64,000 nucleotides of DNA. Source: an uncultured Trueperaceae bacterium. Lineage in GTDB: Bacteria; Deinococcota; Deinococci; Deinococcales; Trueperaceae. How positions within the stretch are numbered: position 1 is the stretch's first letter; each line of letters opens with the position of its first letter. Positions 59,408 to 64,000 of this stretch are shown here, in pieces. The DNA lies in contig CAWCXJ010000007.1 of assembly GCA_963799485.1 (NCBI GenBank), forward strand, positions 384,001 through 448,000, given 5' to 3'. The notes below the pieces were generated by a model. The model did not search any database. It was not told the origin of the DNA and saw only the letters and a list, made by a program, of their open reading frames with translations. A program made the position numbers and the translations under genes.

Positions 59408-60259
59408 CTATTCCCCGGCCCCTGAAGATTTCAAGTATTGACCAAAACCCTCACGCATCTTCTGTGACACCTCCGGGTCGTCTTGATACTTCTGCGCGGC
59501 AGGCCGGATGTTGTAGACCTCCCGAATCTTTTCAAACGGCAAGGTCGTATCGATCCAGCCCCGGCGGTACAAGAGTCTGTCCGAGGTACCGGGCAAGACC
59601 TGTTCGGGTCGCCACCACGCAAAACTCCCGGGCCGCGCGTGGTCGGCGTGTAGACCCAAGAGGTTCGTGCAGTTGCGGCTGATGCTGTTGTAAAACCGGG
59701 GCTGACGGCGCAAGATGTTCGCCTCGTGGAAGATGTCCCGGAGCATCTTCTTGACCTCGTTTGGGGGCATCGTCAGTGGGTAGAGGTAGACGTCGTGGTC
59801 TTGGTAGACCGCCCGCCGTAAAATAAAGTCGCGTTCGTCGCCGAAGGTGTAGATGAGTTCAAAGTTGTTGAACATGCCGCGCAAGATGTTGTAGGGTTCG
59901 CCCTGCAAAACCCGCGCCTCGGCGGAAAAGGCCAGGTACTCGCCGCCTTCAAACTCAAAGCTGATGAGAGTGTGGGCGATGGCTTCAATTTGGCTAAACG
60001 ACTCGACGACGAACCAGACGCGCTTTAGTCTGCTCAAATCGTACGCGCGGTCTTCCCACCGGCCCGTAAACGGGGTTCCCGGCGCGCCGTAACGGATATT
60101 ACGCACATCATGCACCGTTACCCGGTCGCCGTCAAAGTCGATGTGGGGCGGACGAACGAGGTCGGCGCGCCACGGCCTGTCGTTGGTCGGGCGTTTTAAG
60201 TTGACCAGAAAAACGAGCAGCGCGCTTAACAAGACGAAATACAAGCTGGCGAGGAGCAT
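59408..60259 (-). CDS. DUF4105 (Lnb-like) domain protein
   Basis: N-terminal TM; IAHTLISFEF, FELIY-x3-DERD, PRFYN-x3-NCT. Confidence 0.85.
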   Translation of the reverse strand: MLLASLYFVLLSALLVFLVNLKRPTNDRPWRADLVRPPHIDFDGDRVTVHDVRNIRYGAPGTPFTGRWEDRAYDLSRLKRVWFVVESFSQIEAIAHTLISFEFEGGEYLAFSAEARVLQGEPYNILRGMFNNFELIYTFGDERDFILRRAVYQDHDVYLYPLTMPPNEVKKMLRDIFHEANILRRQPRFYNSISRNCTNLLGLHADHARPGSFAWWRPEQVLPGTSDRLLYRRGWIDTTLPFEKIREVYNIRPAAQKYQDDPEVSQKMREGFGQYLKSSGAGE

Positions 60260-60413
60260 AGCGGCTAGTGTACTCGAGAACGGCCCACCAAAAACTGCAT
60301 CCCGGCAACCGTAAAACCAAAAGGTAGGGGAGAAGACGCCGGAGGCGTGTGCTTCGCCCGTAAACTGCCCTGAGCGTAGCTGAACATACTCGCAAGGTTG
60401 AAAAGAGGACGGC

Positions 60414-61583
60414 GTGAATATTGCAGTTTTGCTTCATAGCGGTGCAGGCGGGAGCGGGGTCGTTGCGACCGAAGTCGGGGTCGGCCTGGCGCGGCAGGGC
60501 CATACGGTTCACTTCGTGGCGAACAGCGTCCCCTTTCGGCTGACCGAATTTGGGCACCCGAACATCTACTTTCACCAGGTCGAGAGCATGTCGTACCCGC
60601 TTTTCGACGCGCCGCTGACGACCCTCGCCGAAGCCTCCAAACTTGCCGAGGTCATCGAAGAAAACGGTATCGACATCATCCACGCGCACTACGCCATCCC
60701 GCACGCGGCGGCGGCCATTTTGGCCCGCGATATGGCCCGCGTTCCCGTGTCCCCGGCGGTCGTTACCACGCTTCACGGCACCGATGTGACGCTCGTCGGG
60801 CTCGACCGAGCGTATTTACGCACCACGCAGCACTCGGTCGAACATTCCGACGCGGTCACGGCGGTCAGCCACTACTTGGCGGGCTATACCCACGCCGAGA
60901 TGGGCGTGAAGCGCGAGATTACGGTGGTGCCGAACGCGGTGGACAGCGAGCGCTTCAGCCCGAACGGGTCGCCGGAGTTGCGGCTTCGTTACGCGCACCC
61001 GGAAGAAAAACTCCTGACGCACGTCTCGAACTTTCGCGCGGTTAAACGGGTTGAGGACGTGGTGCGGGTGTTTGCCGAGGTCTTGAGCGAGGTTGGCGCG
61101 CGGCTGCTGATGATCGGCGACGGCCCCGACCGACCAAAAGCGTTTGAACTAGCCACGAAACTCGGCGTCGGCGGGCGGGTCGCATTTTTGGGGTCATTCC
61201 CGCGTATCGAAAGCATTTTAGCCATCAGCGACCTGTTTTTGCTGCCGAGCAGCGAAGAGTCGTTCGGTCTGGCGGCTTTAGAGGCGATGGCCGCGGGCGT
61301 GCCGGTAATTGCCACGCGCACAGGCGGGATTCCTGAGGTCGTGGTAGACGGTAAAACAGGCTACTTGTGCGCTTTAGGCGATACGGCGGGGATGGCGACG
61401 GCGGCGCTGACGCTCCTTAAAAACAAAGCGCTTCACGAAAAATTTGCGGGTGCGGCGCGGGCGCGGGCCGTAGACGTCTTTGGCGAAGCGCAGGTGTTGC
61501 CTTTATATCTCGAGACCTACGAACGCGCTATTTCATCGAGGTTACGCGAAACCTCACCCGAAACCTCGCTGAGCGGTAGATAG
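60414..61583 (+). CDS. bshA: N-acetyl-alpha-D-glucosaminyl L-malate synthase (bacillithiol biosynthesis)
   Basis: [31 protein letters not shown]-x-VKR, ESFGL. Confidence 0.94.
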   Translation: MNIAVLLHSGAGGSGVVATEVGVGLARQGHTVHFVANSVPFRLTEFGHPNIYFHQVESMSYPLFDAPLTTLAEASKLAEVIEENGIDIIHAHYAIPHAAAAILARDMARVPVSPAVVTTLHGTDVTLVGLDRAYLRTTQHSVEHSDAVTAVSHYLAGYTHAEMGVKREITVVPNAVDSERFSPNGSPELRLRYAHPEEKLLTHVSNFRAVKRVEDVVRVFAEVLSEVGARLLMIGDGPDRPKAFELATKLGVGGRVAFLGSFPRIESILAISDLFLLPSSEESFGLAALEAMAAGVPVIATRTGGIPEVVVDGKTGYLCALGDTAGMATAALTLLKNKALHEKFAGAARARAVDVFGEAQVLPLYLETYERAISSRLRETSPETSLSGR

Positions 61584-62563
61584 GGCGTCGCGTCTACCTC
61601 GTCAGGGTTCGTCAGGCCCGCTTCTAACCGGGCGTGCGCGGCGAGCGCAATCATCGCCCCGTTGTCGGTGGCGAGTGCTAGCGGCGGCACCCGGACGTTC
61701 AGCTTGGTTTCCTGTAGACGTTCGCGTAGGCGTTTGTTCGCTGCCACGCCGCCCGCCACGACGAGCGTTTCGTACCCTGTAGCAGCGGCAGCCCGGAGCG
61801 TCGTCTGCACCAGGCTTTCGACCACGACGCGTTCAAAGCTTGCAGCAACGTCGGCTTTGGGCGCGTCCGGTTGACGTTGTAAAAGCACCGACACAGCCGT
61901 TTTAAGCCCGCTAAACGAAAAGTCGAACCCGGTTTGGCCTTTAAGCGGCACCGTAAAAGGGAAGGCGTCCGGGTCGCCGGTTTCGGCTAAGCGGCTTAGC
62001 GCCGCGCCACCCGGATAGCCGAGACCCAAAAGCCGCGCGGCCTTGTCGAACGCTTCCCCGGCGGCGTCGTCGCGGCTCCGGCCCAGCTCCTTGTACTCGC
62101 CCCACGCCCGCACGTCGAACAAACTGGTGTGTCCGCCCGAGGCGATAAGGCAGAGAAACGGCGGCTTGGTGCCTCCTTCAGCGAAACTCGAGGCTTCCAG
62201 AGCTGAAGCGATGTGACCCTCGAGGTGGTGCACGGGCACGAACGGCAGAGCGCGCGCCCACGCGACCCCTTTGGCATAGGTCAGACCGACCAAGAGCGCC
62301 CCGACCAAGCCGGGGCCGTAGGTTGCCGCGACGTGCGTCACGTCGTCCAAGGTTACGTCCGCCTCAGCGAGTGCTTTTTGAAACACCGTGTCGATAACCG
62401 CCAGATGCTCACGGCTCGCCTGCTCGGGCATTACGCCCCCAAAAGCCGCGTGCAGCGCCGTTTGCGACGCCACGATATTGGCGACGACGCGGCCCCCCCG
62501 GACGATGCCGACGCCGGTATCGTCGCATGAGGTATCGATACCTAAAATGACGCGCTCACTCAT
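61517..62563 (-). CDS. tsaD: tRNA N6-adenosine threonylcarbamoyltransferase
   Basis: GIDTSCDD, HHLEGH, SGGHT, DDAAGEAFDK, FSFSGLKT, DNGAMI. Confidence 0.96.
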   Translation of the reverse strand: MSERVILGIDTSCDDTGVGIVRGGRVVANIVASQTALHAAFGGVMPEQASREHLAVIDTVFQKALAEADVTLDDVTHVAATYGPGLVGALLVGLTYAKGVAWARALPFVPVHHLEGHIASALEASSFAEGGTKPPFLCLIASGGHTSLFDVRAWGEYKELGRSRDDAAGEAFDKAARLLGLGYPGGAALSRLAETGDPDAFPFTVPLKGQTGFDFSFSGLKTAVSVLLQRQPDAPKADVAASFERVVVESLVQTTLRAAAATGYETLVVAGGVAANKRLRERLQETKLNVRVPPLALATDNGAMIALAAHARLEAGLTNPDEVDATPYLPLSEVSGEVSRNLDEIARS

Positions 62564-62602
62564 CCGTCAAGCCTAGCACCCGCTCCTTGCTAGACTGGTT
62601 TG

Positions 62603-63725
62603 GTGACGTTCGCCGAGACCTTGACGCGCTACCACGCGCTCGAGCCCAAACACCTGATGCAAACAGGCAACGGTTTGCGCTACGCGGTCAAACGCGGGCT
62701 GCGGGGGTATCCGCTGCACCCCGGCGTGGCGCTCATGCTTGCTAAAGCCGATTTGGAAACGGGTGCGCTCATCGACGCCACCGGTTCGGGTGGATTGGTC
62801 GCACTGGTCTGCTGACGCCGAGGCGAAGCTGGTTTTGGAGACCTCGAAGGCCGCCTTGCGCTGCGCCGTCTGGACGTTTGCCGACGCCGATACGCAGATT
62901 GTCGCCGGTGCCCCGTGGGACGCACCCGCCGCTGCCGCCGACCTCATCGCGCTCGTGCCACCCACCGACCGGGGGAGCAGGCGCGTCACGGCTGAACTCG
63001 CCGGAGCCCACGCCGCGCTCAAGCCGGGCGGCGCGGCTTTAATCGTCATGCATAAAGACCAGGGTGCCAAACGTTACGAAAAACTAGCCGCAAAGCTGTT
63101 TGGTGAGCTTGACATTCTCGCCAAAGACGGCGGCTGGCGGCTCGTCCGGGTTAAGAAGGTAAAAGGCGAGGGCCTCGAGGTGTCCCCCCTCCAGTTCTCT
63201 GTCACCGACCTGAACCTTCAAGCCGAACCCGGTGTGTTCGCCGCCGGTAAGCTCGACCCCGGTACGACGCGGTTTTTAGAAGCGGTGCGCTTAGCGGATT
63301 TTGTGGGACAAAGGGTGCTCGAGCTGGGCTGCGGTTACGGCGTGATTGCGCTTAAAGCGTCCCTTGCAGGCGCTGCCGTAACTGCTTCTGATGATGACCT
63401 CTTGGCGGTACGCAGCACCCACCGCAACGCGGCGCACTACGGCGCGGACGTGCGCGCGCTGCACTCGGACGTAGACTCTGAACTGCAAGCAGAGACCTTC
63501 GACGCGGTGCTGATGAACCCGCCCTTCCACGTCGGTAAACAGGTGGTGCTGGACGTGCCGCAGGCGTTTTTGGCAGCGGCCCATGAGCGGCTCAAACCCG
63601 GCGGCACGCTTGTCTTGGTGGCGAATAAAGCGCTGCCGTATGAGCGGGAACTCGAGCGGTTCTCGGCTTGGGAAACGGTCTTTACAGAGGGTCGGTTCAA
63701 GGTTCTGCGGGCAGTGAAGACATAA
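62603..63725 (+). CDS. RsmC/MTS-family SAM methyltransferase; +1 frameshift near 62806
   Basis: N-terminal piece from GTG 62603 (TAGACT 6 nt upstream; IDATGSGG); C-terminal PGVF, LDPGT, ELGCGYG, NPPFH. Confidence 0.8.
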
Positions 63726-63908
63726 TCTATGAGTTTAATATCTACGCGTTTGAAACCTCACGGTGGCGGCGCTTCATGCAGCGTAGCGCGAGGCTGCAAA
63801 AACGCAAGGCTTTCCCGTAGAGAAGCGATATATCTGCCTGATTCGTATGCCTTAGTCAGAGCAGCACCGCATCTTCATAAACCCGTAGCTTCCGTTAAAG
63901 CCGTATTC

Positions 63909-64000
63909 TTACGCCCGCTGGGTAAACTCGAGATACGCCCCCAGCTTTTCCGCCGCCGCCCCTGAATTTAGCAGGTCATCGGCTAAAATGACGCCCGCTT
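63909..64000 (-). CDS. trpD: Anthranilate phosphoribosyltransferase, C-terminal end (truncated by window edge)
   Basis: AGVILADDLLNSGAAAEKLGAYLEFTQRA* resembles the TrpD C-terminal GV-x2-A...SG-x-A-x2-KL pattern; only 29 aa visible. Confidence 0.55.
   Translation of the reverse strand, partial: AGVILADDLLNSGAAAEKLGAYLEFTQRA

Overview
GC-rich bacterial chromosomal segment, very probably from the phylum Deinococcota and Truepera-like. The lineage evidence is a SigA ending [17 protein letters not shown], a DUF3208 protein, a Thermus-type cytochrome c552 domain, and many genes with a -10 box directly before the start codon. Most of the window is housekeeping and envelope genes: two fabH paralogs, the yceD-rpmF-fabH-fabD-fabG-acpP-fabF cluster, glyA, miaA, rpoD, fba, rpe, cysK, ftsK, bshA, tsaD, a ctaCDEFG caa3-type oxidase operon, lptC/lptA-like genes, spore photoproduct lyase, and scattered surface-polysaccharide genes (CapD-like dehydratase, Wzc-like kinase, GT4, ATP-grasp/HAD pairs, sulfotransferase). 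I saw no rRNA, tRNA, CRISPR array, prophage or IS element. The most notable observations are: (i) a complete, unannotated promoter / 35-aa leader peptide / terminator / antiterminator in front of a heterodimeric ABC exporter; (ii) oxidase subunit IV fused through a long linker to a c552-like cytochrome, inside an A1-type caa3 operon; (iii) a ~175-nt rod-shaped intergenic hairpin resembling 6S RNA, and a second structured element upstream of glyA; (iv) strong over-representation of CTCGAG and a family of 7/14-bp periodic intergenic repeats; (v) two single-G frameshifts (ftsK and an RsmC-like methyltransferase) that may be sequencing errors. All calls come from motif recognition by eye; no database searches were run.
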